Shown here piece after piece: positions 38,586 through 53,283 of a stretch of 62,552 bases of DNA; positions within the stretch are counted from its first letter, which is position 1; every line of letters begins with the position of its first letter. The notes beneath the pieces are model-generated. The model ran no database searches and was not told the origin of the DNA. It saw only the letters and a program-made list of their open reading frames with translations. The translations under genes were made by a program, and so were the position numbers. Where the stretch lies: positions 514,477,449-514,540,000 of the forward strand of contig CM097882.1 of the NCBI GenBank assembly GCA_044892505.1, read 5' to 3'. Origin of the DNA: Schmidtea nova (Eukaryota).

Positions 38586-39270
38586 AAAGCCAAATTAATG
38601 TACTTTCAACAAATAATTATACATATAATAAAGATCTTCAAATATTCGACTGAGAATTTCAATCTCAGATTCTTAAGAAATTAGTTAAACATTTTAAAAC
38701 GAACAGCCAAATAATATTTCGGGAAAATCTCTAATACAATCAAGAAAGTCTTGCAGATCATAAAAATAAAAATAAACACTATGCCTATAAAGCTCGTCAA
38801 ACGACAGTCAAAGTTTTTGAATTTATATATAATTATATATTAAGGAACAGATTAATTGTCACCCTTAGAGTTTTTAACAATATTTACAAATAAGTCTAAG
38901 TTACATTCAGTTATTTGAAAATACAGGATATAAATCCTTGCAGTTCAATAAAAGAACAGTATGGGAGCACAAATCATGTAATAAATCAATCGAGCAAGGC
39001 CATACAAGGTTGGAATCACGAAGTTCAATAAGTTTAATACAGGATAAACCAATAAGTTTTGTCCGGTGCTCATACTCAGCTTTCCAATGCTGTAATGAGT
39101 GTATAGGTCTGCAACTTCGTGTATTTATGTTGTAGATTTGTAAAATTAAAAAAAATCACATATTAATAATTTTTAACATTGCTATTAACTATTACATGGA
39201 TTAAGCACTTTTAATAAATTTTTGTTTGACTGAAATACTTTTTGTTTTCATTAGAATACGTCGATTTGAA

Positions 39271-39735
39271 ATGAATTTCGCACGAGAGGATATCCGCAAG
39301 TTAATCTACTACAATTGGAAACGTGGATTAGTGCCTTCCTAGATTGCAAATGAAATAAATTTGACACTGGGGAAGGACACAACAAATGAGCGCACTTGTC
39401 GACGCTGGGTTGCAAACTTCAAGGAAGGAAACTTTGATGTTGAAGACAAAGAGCGATGTGGGAGGCCCTCTCTTGATATCAACGACTAAATTCTAGCTCT
39501 CTTGGAGGAGCACAACAGTACTGTGAAAATGAGCGTGGAGCTTGGAGTTTGTCAGCAGACAATTCGAAATCATCTGCTTGCAATGGGCATGCATTACCTT
39601 TGCAACCACTGGGTCCCACACAAGTTGTCCGAGCAACAAATGGCCAACCGTGAGAAAATATGCAACGATCTGCTGTGCAAGTATGCTGCTAATGACTTCC
39701 TCAGTCAGCTCATTACAATGGACGAATATATGAAA
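39271..39735 (+). mobile_element. Mariner transposase remnant
   Basis: IRKLIYYNWKRG..RRWVANFKEGNFDVEDKERCGRP, WVPHKL and LITMDE; in-frame stops. Confidence 0.9.
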
Positions 39736-42700
39736 AATCACTAATATTGTGTGTCCACCTCTTGCCCATATCACTGTACTCGATCAGGCAACGATCCCAC
39801 AAGTTTCCAGAATGTCTCAGCTTGTGAAGTATCCTTCAGCCAAACATCTACAATGAAGCATTGATATATCTCATGGACTACTTAGACAAGGGGCCTCCTA
39901 TTGAATAAACACAAATCAACTTAATAAAACAATTTCATGGCCTGTGGTATCATTCACTGCTGTAGCACATCCACTGTGCAGAATTCATAGCCTTTTCAAC
40001 AAAATAGAGACGATTGGCGCCTTTTGAACATATCATGACCTTTGAGGGAAATTTTACGGTGGCCTTTTTGATTTATATTATACTAAACGCTATTCCTTAT
40101 TTTAGGGCCACTCGACAATGTTGGGATTTTTCATCTAAATTCAAACAAGGACTGTTTGAGGCTTTTCACGTATCTCTACAAGATTTGGTAAGCCACAACA
40201 TTAAATAAAAGCTTTTAAATAGCTTGAATGCTAATAATTTATAAGTGTAAGTTATGATAATATATACTAGAGAGGTGTCACTATTTACCATTACGTAATT
40301 ACTGAATATGACAATCCAGCTGACACTAATTTTATAAAGTCTAGGAACGATTAGAAGGAACATTAATTCATTGGACTTTTTCTACTAAGTATTTTACTGT
40401 GGAATAAATGAAATGGCAATAAGTTCTGTTGTCAGTAACTTTATCCCATTGACTTCTTTCTTGGATTCTTATATTATTAGGTCCAACTGGAGTCTCTCCG
40501 CGCGTCGTCATTTGAAACTCCAAACATTGGATCAGTTTAATTTTAAACTATTTCACAGTTTATATTGAATGATAATTATGAATGAAAAATTGAATAAAAT
40601 TTCCCAATTGACATCAGAGCACAAATTTACAATGGTCAATGATATTAATGATGTGTAAGGTACATATTTTACTATGACGGATTACATCTCTGTTAATAAG
40701 GAGAAGTCATTTTTTGTTATAATGAGATATTTAAAGATTTGAGTTAGAATAAATTTAAAAATATTGATAATCTCTACCAGCAAATTGTTGTGTGTTTTGT
40801 AGTCATAGGATTATTATAATTGGTAATTATAATCCAGCAATGTTTATAAAGGTGTCCGAAGAAAATAAAATGTTGACATACCAAAGAAAACAGAAGGTAA
40901 ATTTGGAAACTCAAAAGCAAACTTGAAAGATACAAAAAGATTTGAAATTTGAAAAAATAGAATAAAAAAATATTAAAGAAATTTAATAACATATTTGAAG
41001 AAGGATCATTTTACATGCTATTCTCGCAACACGTAGCCGCACGGTATTACATAATTCATAATATAATTTCTATATACAATGTTGTATATAATTATTATCA
41101 TTAAATATAAATATGGCATACTATACAGACTTAGGTATGACTTCTAGCTTGACAAACAGTACATATTTACTTTTCATACACCCCAACCTTTTCAATGACT
41201 CCAATATTGGCCAAAAATATTAAGCTTGACAAAAGAACCAATTAACCTGTAGAGAAATAAACTTAACTATAGAAAAATCGCTCATCACATCTTGTATAGT
41301 ATATATATCTTTCTTGTTTTTATTAAATTTATATCTGTTGATACGTGATACAGATTATATTTATAAATCGGATTGAGTATCTATATTTATATACTTAGAT
41401 TTTTTATATTTATTTTTATTGTGATGTACCCCTTTTAGTGTATCCATAAGTGTATTAGCATATAACAGATTTTTCTATCAATCCATAAATGCCTCTTTTC
41501 TATTTCATTCTTTTGAAGGTTTTACTTATCTCTATGTTATCCTCTTCTCTAAACTATAACATACATCGTCTACCACTTTTAAAATCAACATTATCAGTTT
41601 GCCTTTTAATAAGGTTTTCACCATATTTTCTGTATTAATTTAATTAATTATTGTTTTCTGCCTATTATCTAGTCATATCTCTATGGAAATAATCAAACCC
41701 GCGCGACATTATATACAATTTAATAAAACAACTTAAAATACCTAACTATATAAATAAATATAACTAAGGATTTAAATTTAAATTAACTATATATAAATAC
41801 ATATAAATTAATATTACAATTATTAAATCTGTCTAACATAAACTTTTTAAGTACTTTATTTACGTATTTCTAAAAGATTGAGCACCTTTAGGAGGATTAT
41901 CACATGGTCAAAATAACATTTTATAATCCTTATAAACTAAAAATTTTGTTAATTACTGTAAACCATTAACTAAACCATTACTATTACTTCAATGTTGAAT
42001 ATTTCGTATTCCATCGCAATAGGTCGTCGACCACAAATCTTGATTTGCCGCCATAAGATGCGGATAAGGGAACTCTAGATTTATATTATACCGTTCCCCG
42101 ATCTCAGAAATTTGAATTCATGAGACCCCACAGTTGTTGTAAAGATAAATTAATCATTTCAGAGATTTAATATACTTTCTTCCTGTGATCCTCATAATAT
42201 TCCACCTAATCCGCCTAGGAGCTAATTGCTTGTGACTCTACTGGAGCGTCATTTGTTGTTCCCGCATCAATTGTTGATATAGTATTTGAAATACCTTTGC
42301 AATGCAAAACATCTTGATTATATATGGCTATAAGGTCATTTTAAAGATTATATTTTTATGATATTTGTTGCAGGCTTTTTTCCTTTTCCTTTTTTTGATT
42401 TAATATTTTTTAAATTATGAAATTCAAAATTCAAAATTTTAAAATCAATTCCTATAGTAATAAATTAGCACAATGACAATGAAAAATTTAAAGAAAGATT
42501 GGAAAATTGAATAATCAAAGACAAAGGAAATTGATTAAAAAAAGAAACTGAAAGATAGGAAAACCAAGAAGGAAAATTATACAATATTAAACACTAGAAT
42601 TCAATTATTTTTTAATTTAATTAGTGAGTACTAGTTTTGTTATTTTACTGTTTTTGGAAGACTCTTTCGGGCTCGACAATATCTTAACATACACTCGAAA

Positions 42701-43729
42701 TTAATAAACCCATTTACCAACGAACATAATAAAGTGGTGTCAGAAGGCAAATATACAATATACAATTTCAGCAAATTCTCGTGTTCTTCAAACATTAAAT
42801 CTTTTAGCATACCTAATATAGAGGTATAAAGATTAACGTCTCTGTTAGCCGAACACAGTAGGCTATATCCTTTATATACACTCATTTTTTTACATCAACA
42901 AGCAACACGATAAATAAAAGCAATGGCATCGAACCAACAAAGCCAAACAAATATTACTCAAACACCCAACAAAAGAACCGTCTACTCACACACAATCACC
43001 GCTTTCCCCAGCAACATACTAAATGAGATAGCAGACCGAATAGGCGATATTTCTATAGACGACAACCCTTTCGAAAACCTATACAATACGTTAATAAACA
43101 GAAATAAAGTCAACAGACGGGAACTTCTTGAATCTTGCCTTAAAGATATTCAACTGGGCAACGATAAACCCTCTGAGTTCCTAAGAAACCTCAAAACAAA
43201 ACTTTAATATCTTCAGCCCAAGATAACAAGTACAGGTTCAAAAGAATTCATCAAAGAACTGTTCATGCTTGCAATGCCCCCAGAAATACGGCGTATTTTA
43301 GCTGTCAGCAATTGCACAGACCTGGAAACCCTGGCAAACATAGCCGAAAAAATTAATGATAAAATATATCCAACAATATGTAGGACATATAAAAACAAAA
43401 ATTTCTCTTCTAACAAAGAACACAATAAATCTACAGACAACAATCCAGAAACTATGGAAACGAACAAACTCATCGCAAATCTATTAACTAAAGTCAACGA
43501 AATAGCGACCAAAAACAAAAGACATAGACGGGTTACAAAGAAGAGAATCCAGAACACAATTCTATAAAAACAGGCAAAATTACTCCAGACAAAATACAAG
43601 ATCTGGTAGCCGAAACCGCTTAGATAGAAACAAAATATGGAATAATCCAAATAAAAATAAAAATCAACAATACTGCTATTATCACAACAAATTCGGGAAC
43701 AATGTTTGATGAACCAGAAACCACACCAA

Positions 43730-44672
43730 GGTATTCAGATTTTTGGCGTGGTTGCCGATTCATCAATTTTATATTTGTTCCCTCGCTTATTATTTTACAT
43801 AAATTTGTAAAATAATTTGGCCTTCCAACTTTGGCCAGCATTTGGCCTTCCAACTTAAAACATCTACTAGAAGAATCACTTTTAAAAGGTTCGAGCAATT
43901 CCCGGGCACTTAAACTCAAATTGCCATAACTATTCACTGAAACCTGATAACGGGGACCTTTAAAGTCACTCAAGCACATTTTTGGAGTCAAAATAAGCTA
44001 GTGATCCACCAAGAACTCGATCCTTATTTCCCACGGAAGTTGATTAAATATCAAGTTTAAACGGAGAAATATTTTCTGTACCCATATTTCGATCTTTATA
44101 AATTTCTCTCTTTCAGTAACAAATTCAATGTTATCACTAAGATTGACATAAAAGTAAGGCCCAATAACAACTTTGGCATAGCATTGTTTATTAAAAATAT
44201 TTAGTTTTAAAGTTTTAGATAGTTCCATAAATTCCTTCGTTTCTAAGGCAACTATTTCTGTGATTTCAGACAGAATAATCGCTGGCGCGTTAGCGATGTA
44301 AATCGGTTGATAGCGCTTATTATGCGATTCAACCAATCCGCTGATTTCATATTTATCATTGATGCGGAAATATCCCAACATTGATTCATTGGACTCCGTA
44401 GTGATGTATCCATAGGAATTGATAAGAACCTCCAAACGTTTACCGTTAGCAGAAACTTTCAATGGTCTGACATCTTGAAAGTATTTGTAATAAAAGGCAT
44501 TTGTTTTCCACTTCATGTTGACAAATTCAACAATATAAGTTGCCGTAGCATTAGCAGATTCAATATTCCTGGCGCTGTCTGTCAGTCTAATATCGGCTTG
44601 TAACAATTTGTATGTAAAGATACTGTGGATATATTCAAAAATATATAATAACTTTATCATTATGAAAATCAT
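43730..44672 (-). pseudogene. Secreted/surface-type protein gene (signal peptide, internally repeated NSYG motif), one in-frame TAG, 3' end truncated into antisense gag
   Basis: ORFs 43998-44672 and 43620-43991 are in frame across a single TAG; hydrophobic N-terminus; several N-glycosylation sequons. Confidence 0.6.
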
Positions 44673-44854
44673 TTGATCAATAATTAACCGATAATTAACC
44701 GATCAATAATTAACCCGATGGTTTCGATCGATCTTTGGTTCGACCTGGAATCCTTCTTTCCCTGCTATTTGGCAAGACTAAGTACATGTTAACCAATGGC
44801 CGTCAGCCGAATACCGACTACGGACATTCGGAAACTAAAGTATATTTATATTTA

Positions 44855-44958
44855 TTTGTAAATTTATGTAAAATAAAATGTATGTAAAATATGTGTAAAA
44901 TATGTAAAATATGTAAAATATGTAAAACATGTAAAATATGTAAATTTATGTAAAATAT
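44855..44958. repeat. 9-bp tandem repeat (TATGTAAAA)n, about 10 units
   Basis: Directly visible. Confidence 0.9.
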
Positions 44959-46591
44959 AAATGCAATAAACCGTGCTCTTTCGATAATGAAGAGTCGGGA
45001 AACATATAAAGTCACCAATGATAGCACCGACAATTGGTGACAGCCAAACATTCACGGTGCACAGCAACGGTATTAACTTTCTCGTTGATACCGGTTCTAT
45101 AATTTCATTGTTACCGAACTACCTTTACAAAAACGCAAAAACAGAAACCACAAGTTTATGTGTAGCAAACGGCAGCCCTATTAAAACGTTCGGCAAACAA
45201 AACATCAACATTTCCGCCAATAATATACAGTACAATTGGCATTTCACCATCGCTGAAGTGAAACAAGCCATTTTAGGAGCAGATTTCCTCGCAAAATTCA
45301 ATCTACTAGTAGATTGCAAAAATGGGAAAATTATACCAAACAATTCAAATAACATAATCAACAAAGGTAATAAAAAAAACAACAAAACAAATCAACTACG
45401 ACATTGGAGTAATAATAGCGGAACACGGTGAAATAAAAACAAATGAACAGAAACTAAAAACAGAAAATAAAAACGAGCATATACCTTACGAAATCATAAA
45501 ACTGATAAAAACAATGCCAAACATAACAAACAAACTACAAACAAATAACGAAACAAAATGCAAAACTGAACACGCAATAATTAGCAACGGAAAGCCAGTT
45601 CATGCAAAAGTCAGGCAGTTGGACAAAAATAAACTCGAAATAACAAAAAATATATTCGAAGAACTATTAGAAAATCAAATCGTCAAACATTCTAATTCAA
45701 ATTGGTTTGGTTTTCGAAATGCAGCAACAACATTTCAATGTTTTATAGACCAAACTCTGAAAAATAATTAGAACACATTACGACGACATCCTGATAGCAA
45801 GTCCAAACAAAAAAAACAATTTAAAAGATAGCGAAAAGGTTTTTGAAACCCTGAATTCAGCAAACTTCAAACTCAACATTCAAAAATGCGAATATTTAAA
45901 AAAATAATTTTCTCGGGTATACACTACATGAAAAAGACACAAAAACCAATTGACAAAGAAAAAAGCTCCATACAACAGTTCAAACTGTTAAATACAAACC
46001 GAGAACTCAGTCGATTTTTGGGAATGGTTAACTTTTACCATGATGTAGCAAACCTTTAACTACTTTATATGATTTAATAAACCAGAAGAAACATTAAAAT
46101 TAGCTGGACTTAACAAGTAATTAAACAATTTGAAAAAGAAAAAACAAGGTTTTTCCAAGTAACATGACTTGGATACCCAAATCAAGAATTAGAATACAAC
46201 TTAGCAACAGACTGTTCTAGATTTGCAATGTGTGCAACATTATACCAAGACAGTGAATACAGTAAACAACCGATTGGTTTCTTTTCTAAGAAGTTAAAGA
46301 CACATCAGACAAGATACTCCACTTTTGATCGAGAACTACTCGCAATTCATGAAACTATAAAACACTCGGAACACTCATTGGAAGCAATGAACTTCAAAAT
46401 CTTTACAGATCATAAGCCACTAACAAATGCAATTCAAGTGAAAAAGCCGTCACCAAGACAAATAAGACAATTAAATAATAAATCACAATTTAATTGTACA
46501 ATCAGTTATATGACTGGAGTCACAAACATAGCAGTAAATACTCTATCAAGAATAATCTAAAACTCTATCAAGAAATCTAAAAGTTATTTTA

Positions 46592-46595
<4 letters not shown>

Positions 46596-46677
<82 letters not shown>
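46596..46677. repeat. (TA)n microsatellite, about 41 units
   Basis: Directly visible. Confidence 0.98.
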
Positions 46678-46680
<3 letters not shown>

Positions 46681-47230
46681 GTGTACTCACACCAGATATA
46701 TTATAATTGTTTATTTTTATCGTTGACTGTGTCCGTATGGGCAGTTTGGATTCCCCCTTTATATTTTTCCCCTTTTTGTTTAATGTGTAGAAGGGGGCGA
46801 GTATTGAATCGGTGATAATTGTATTTTTATAGTAAAAATAATATTATTAAAATAATAATTTAAAAATTAAATTAAAATCAATAGATTAATTTCTATAGTT
46901 AACTATAGAAATTACTAAGGCTCAAAAAATGAAAATAAAAGAAATTGATTAAAAAATATAAACAAAAGAAACAAAATTTGCAAAATTTTAGAGAAAATTC
47001 GTGATTATGTGAGTACGGGTTTGTTTCGATATAATAAATTTTGTAAAAATTATTTATTGTTAGTTCTTTATTTATTATTGTTGTAAACAAATACACCTAC
47101 AAGTATCACATATCAAAATATACATAACACGCACCCCAACAGTCCCGACACAAGTTTTACTGGTGACTCTGTTGGGCTTCTCAATCTTCCTCATCAACAC
47201 CACATTACAATTAATATTCATAACAAGTTA

Positions 47231-50200
47231 GGGATCGTCCATAAAGTACGTACGCCAAAAAATCTTAAATGCTACCCCCTCCCTCCCCATGTTGCAGTGT
47301 GTACTTTTTCGGCCCTACCCCCCCCCCCCCCGGTACATACACTTTACACCCCGGAAAAGAATGATTAATCTTTAGACAAAGATGGACTTCTATGAATGTC
47401 ATGGGTCGTTTGTTTCAGTTTTTTAAAACCATGTCCTAACGATAAGAATCTTCTTATTATCGCCAGCGAACTTACTTAATCCCAGGAATTCGGCCGCATT
47501 TAACATTATTTTCAAATGAATTTCCAAATAATACCGAAATAGAATAGCAAAATATAAAACTATAAACTACAATTATCAATGCGACTGTTTTAAACAACCT
47601 ATTGCACGATGAGAGAAGTGAAACGGAATATAAAGAAAATTTGCCATGCTATAACGCCAACTTTAAATTTACCATGCACACCTGTAGGTTCTTACAATAT
47701 CCACGCACTAAAACATTTTTCTTTAAATTAATAATATGACGTTTCGTGAAAGTCATTTTAATAATATTTCATTTTAACACATGTTTTAATATTATGGTAC
47801 GCCTTTAAGAAAAATTTTAATATATAAAAACTATGGATTTATTGTCTTTTTTCTAAGGAAAGTCAATTAATCCAAAATATTCCTCAATATTTTAAAACTT
47901 GCATTGGATATTTAAGAAAAAATATTTTACCCCAATGGACAATGCGCAAAAATACAAAAACATTTCTCAACAGGTCTGCAAAGCAATGCCACACACAAGC
48001 AAACAATGGCAGCAGAAGGAAAGTAATAGGCTGTGGCGAAAAGTAAAAAACAAAGAAGCTACATACGAATCCGTTATTGATGAATTGGGACGGCAAACAA
48101 TAGCAAACAAATGTCGGGTACTTTCCTTTTGGTCTCGAGCGAAAACCCCCTTACAGCCATCGCCCACATCAACTGTACAACTTGCTGAAAGTATGGACCG
48201 AGGGACAGCACTCGATATTATAAATGTCGAAGAAAGCAAATCCATCAAAGCATTAAGTTCTCAAAACAAAGTCGATTTAGGTAAGAATATACAGGAGACT
48301 GTAGGTTCAACACCTCGACAAGATAAGCTCCGTGTGGAAATAGTGCAGTTACAGGAGCAAATGTTAGCTTTGATAAACGTGCGTCGTGCAGGATTGATGA
48401 CAGTAGAACTTTCAGCAAAAGAAACGCATGTAGGCAAACAATTACAACAAAAACAATCATCTTTAAAGCGATTACAGCGTGAGGCTCTGCGCCAGCGACA
48501 ACGACGGGCAATTTTAAAACGCACGCTTGAAGATATAGTGGACGAGCAGCCTAATTTAGCAACAAAGCTTAAAAAATTTACTAGAGTAAATACAGGTAGA
48601 CCAGCTGTAAACGAAGATCAACCAGATATTCTTGATGCTATTGTCAATATCACATCGATTGGAGCAGCTGCAAGCGACAGGCGCAGATCAGAAGAACTGC
48701 GTTCATGCAAGACACTTGATGATTTGCAAAAAAATTTATCGAGACAAGGATATCATCTGTCACGATCAGCAACATATTTGAGACTGCAGCCCAAAAGATC
48801 ATGCTCTTGTGAAGGAAAACACCACGTCAAGACAGTTCCTGTTAAATTAATTAAGACTGCAAACACGGCTCGTGATAGGCACCGAGACGCAGCATTTGCA
48901 TTCGCATCAATGCAATACATGGATGAAATTTGTTCAATTTTTGGTTCGGATTCATGCTTTTACCTCAGTATAGATGACAAGGCCAAAGTACCGTTGGGAT
49001 TGGCAGCTGCAACAAAACAGGCTCCGATCTTGATGCATCTTGACTACGAGGTACGTTTACCTGATCATGATTTTGTTGTAGCTTCTAGGCATAAACTTAT
49101 ACCTTCAGTATATGCAGCATGCAATATCGAGACAGATAAGTTTAACGATGATGTATCCTACTCTGGGCCTACATATATTGCTATCAGATCTATGAAACAT
49201 GATAGCAGTACCCCTTTTACGCATGGTCATGATTTAGAACGTCTAGTTTCGCTGGAACATTTTAAGACTTTAATGTGCACTCGAGAAGGACCCGTCAAAC
49301 CGATATTTGTTCTGGCAAGTGACGGTGGACCCGATGAGAATCCAAGATTCCCTAAAACATTACAAGTTGCTGCTAGCAGATTTGTAGCATGGGATTTGGA
49401 TGTGTATTTGTCAGGAACTCATGCACCACACTATTCTGCATATAATAGGGTGGAACGGCGCATGGCGCCACTAAGTCGAGAGCTGACAGGTTTGGTGTTG
49501 CCGCACGATCATTATGGCACCCATCTTAACGCGGCTGGAAAAACCATTGACTTGGCCTTAGAGAAAAAGAATTTTGTTAAGGCCGCCGAAACATTAGCAC
49601 AAGTATGGTCCGATGTGGTAATTGATGGTTTTCCAGTTCATGCTGAACATGTCGAGGCAGCAGAACATCCTGCGACATTTGAACCAGATGCAAAATGGGT
49701 GGCAATCCATGTAAGACAGAGTCAATATTGTCTAAATATTGTTAAGTGCGATGAGCCCAGTTGTTGCAGACCTTGGCGCAGTTCGTGGAAGCAATATTTC
49801 CCACAGCGTTTCATACCAGGCCCGGTTGTACTATCTCATGCTTTGGATGGAATCGGAATTCCCGACCCCGAAATTGCGCGCAATATCGTAAAGCCATATT
49901 TTTCAACAATGGCACAACGTTTAGGATATGTGGGGGAAAAAATTCCAATTGACTCTTGTTTTGATCTGTATTGACCTTCAATATCCACAATGGAAATTGA
50001 GAAAAGAACTTGCGAAATCTGCAACATTTACCACGTATCACAGGCGAGTATGAAACGCCATAAAAATGCACATATTCAAACAGTTGATAATACGTCAAAT
50101 ATTTCTGTGCGAAGGGAAAAGATTCAATGTGATGCTAACAGAAAACAAGAATGCGCTGAACTTATAACTGATATTGGAAATGAACATGTTGGAAATTTCA

Positions 50201-50784
50201 TTGGCGGAAATGAGGAAATTGACGACATCCCAGTAATTCAAAACTTATCCGATTGGTTTAAATCGGCATTTGAATGAATGTGCATTTTTTCACATGTATG
50301 ACCGTTTCTTTGTTTTTTTTCATTATTAAATCAATAGGTTTAATGAGTGGCATTTATGTGTTATTTAAGTAAATTAGTGACCAACTTGAAAGGAGTATTG
50401 TAGTTTTGGTACTACCAAAACTACAATACTCTTTTCAAGTTGGTCACCAATTTACTTAAATAACACATAAATGACAATGCCACTATCTTATTTCGTTTTG
50501 ATATGCTCAAGAGACTGTTTGTTTGTTACGATTAGTATTGACATTTTTAAAAATGATTGTTATTACATATCAATTAAATGTCTAATTGTTAAGCCTCATT
50601 GCTGTTTTTAAAAACCGAAATTTTCTTTTAACCATCATTTTTTAATCGAATCATACTATACTCTGCGGCTATATTTACTAGTTTTGTATTTATTTACCGT
50701 GTTTTACCCCCCCATACATACCAATACGCTTTTGGCCTGACACCCCCTACCCCCTAAGTGCGAACATACTTTATGAACGGCCCC
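47231..50784 (+). mobile_element. Zator-like DNA transposon, near intact (one in-frame TGA at 49972)
   Basis: 25-bp imperfect TIRs GGGATCGTCCATAAAGTACGTACGC / GGGGCCGTTCATAAAGTATGTTCGC; flanks TTA/TTG; transposase 47899-50277 with SIDDKAKVPLG, LPDHDF, DGGPDENPR and AYNRVERRMAPLS. Confidence 0.8.
50351..50473. repeat. Near-perfect palindrome (61-bp arms, 1-nt spacer)
   Basis: 59 of 61 positions complementary. Confidence 0.97.
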
Positions 50785-51232
50785 TTGCCTAAAAATTCGC
50801 ACAACGAAAAAATTTAAAACAAACAATCAGAAACTCTAAAAGAACTGAAAATAAAACAGAGCCTAAAATTAGAGAAAATGAACTATTTCTGGTTCGACAT
50901 CAGTCATCCAGGAAACAGAGCTACCTAGGAAATAACACACAATTAACTTATATGGCCAAGCATGAGAAAAGAAATCGACGATTTCCTCAAAACTTGAAAA
51001 ATTATTTTTTTATTCAAAACTTACTTGCATGCCTATAAAGAATGATATTAAATTCAAAGACTAATTAAATGTTATTTCAGTTGTGATTTTTCAGTTACTG
51101 CGAGGTTTTTTATTTATTTATTTATTTTAAAACTATATAAAATAAAATATGTAAATCTATAATTTTCATAATAATAATTGCATGATTAAAGATCAAAATT
51201 TATTTTGGTTGTTAGGTACTCGATATTTTGGC

Positions 51233-51415
51233 NNNNNNNNNNNNNNNNNNNNNNNNNNNNNNNNNNNNNNNNNNNNNNNNNNNNNNNNNNNNNNNNNNNN
51301 NNNNNNNNNNNNNNNNNNNNNNNNNNNNNNNNNNNNNNNNNNNNNNNNNNNNNNNNNNNNNNNNNNNNNNNNNNNNNNNNNNNNNNNNNNNNNNNNNNNN
51401 NNNNNNNNNNNNNNN
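51233..51415. other. Assembly gap (183 N)
   Basis: Run of N. Confidence 1.
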
Positions 51416-53283
51416 ATGAATGCTGTATATATGAAAATTTGTTGTATGAAGTATGAACAGTAACTACTTATATGTTTTAATATAAATAAATAGAGAATAT
51501 AATTGTATTGCATTCAGGTATAACGTCTATGTATACTGCGTGTATCAAAAGTTTTAACAAATGAAATAAAAAAGAATTACATGCATAGTGCTTTTACACT
51601 AAGCCCCTAAAGATAATTGGTGATAACACCAAGCATGTAATTCCTTTTCATTGAAGTTCGGTTCAACACGCACGAGACGTGCGTCGTACGGTAATTCAAT
51701 AATTAACTCTCTTAAAACATAAACTGTTGTTGTACATATCTTTAAACACAACAAAGTATTCTCTATATAAAGGGTAAACAACAACCATATAAATGTTTAT
51801 AAAAAACTTCAACAATAAAACTACGGTAAAACAATTCAGCTTAACACTTTAGCAATAAATCCTGCAGTACATTAGGATCCATGTGTATAACAAACGGTAT
51901 CTCATTACAAGTACGCATTTTAACACTTCTAGCCCTTTAAGCTTTCGAGACAGAATTCACAAGTTATTTCACAAGTGTTGTATCGTCTTCCGCACCGGCC
52001 TGCAAACCGCTCGATTCGAAAGTGTTTATATGAAACTACTTTATTGGAGAATTCGACCAAAGATGAGAATATCCCGAACAATCCTTCTCAATGCAAAGTT
52101 ACCAATGGTCCCAAAAAGCGTGATTTCTGTTGTTAATACTGATATTTTATACACACGTAAACGATATCGAAGTTTTCGCTTCAGCTTCCTAAAAGTGACT
52201 TGGTTCAAGAGAAAATTTATTTGAGACTAAATTGACTAATATATGCGCCTATACCTTTTGCAAGGAGGAGCTTAGTGAAAATGAGCACGAGCACCTAGAG
52301 CACATTATTGTGCTAACCTATTCGACTGCGTATACCAACCTACGATGTAAACTAAATATTCACTTTGTTACTCTGTTTCATATATGTAAATTATGAAAAT
52401 TTTGATTACATGGATTATATGGACAAAACCGTGAATCGGGAATAATATTTTCCCATGATTTCCAAACCGCAATTAATGATTCATTTTGGACCAAGTCTTT
52501 ATCTTCTTTTAATGCAGAGTAAGTAATAGAGTTAATCAAAGAGAAGTAGCCTTTAGAATATATCAAGATGCATATAAAGCTTCAAGTTACCTTTAAGCGC
52601 AAGATCGGCCATCCAATGGAGCACGTAATAATAATTGTGGAATAGATCCCATGATAATATATGATCGTACATTAGGTGGTAACTGGGACGGGAAGTCCAA
52701 CTTTGATTTATCTCACTTCAAAGAACCCTTCACATTACAATTAGAAATTTCAAGACAGCCGTATTAATATCTTATATTGCCTTTAAATCCAAATGAAATG
52801 AAATATTTAATGAATAATAGTAAAATTAATTTTAATAAAGCCAATGAATGTTATGGCTCATAAAAGTATTTTATTTTGTATATTTTAATAAAAGAATTTC
52901 TAAAAAAATTATTTGCTCTTAACTTATTTTTAATAATATTTATGAATATTTGTGTGATGTTCGATTTTGTGTGATTTTTTGGTTACTAGTAATTTATATT
53001 CCCCCTTTTTGTTGTTAATTTTTTAATTGTTGGATCTTGAATTAGAAATTTGAATTTGGCTTGCTATAGCAAATTGCTATAGTAAGCCAAATTACAAATA
53101 TAAAAAAATCAATTCCCACAAAAATAAAATTATTATCATGATTATGCTAATAAATGAAAGTTTCTGGCAATTCCTTTTAGGATAACTTTATATAATTAAA
53201 AAAAAATATTCTACTCCAGGAATTTGGGAAATAAATTTTCTTACTGGCTCCAGTCCTACAACCAATTATCCATTATTTTCCAT

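Larger units (their letters stand above)
42735..51000 (+). mobile_element. Fragmented Gypsy element carrying nested insertions
   Basis: PBS-like TGGTGTCAGAAG; gag (LGNDKPSEFLR, YCYYHNKFG at 43671); protease FLVDTGS (45018-45431); RT pieces; RNase H YSTFDRELLAI..FTDHKPL; integrase Zn region DISHPGNRAT..IWPSM resumes after the Zator insertion at about 50900. Confidence 0.8.

Noticed and set aside
43620-43700. Apparent native transmembrane helix making the 43620-44672 ORF an env-like type I protein
   Set aside because: The segment is the reverse complement of gag (NKNKNQQYCYYHNKFG), so its hydrophobicity is an antisense by-product. Not called env.
51182-51513. ORFs spanning N runs (also 18493-18877)
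   Set aside because: Artifacts of translating gaps; only the flanking nucleotidase motifs at the first gap are meaningful.
51600-52330. GC-richer stretch that may be a decayed coding sequence on the minus strand
   Set aside because: Multiple stops in all frames and no recognisable motif.
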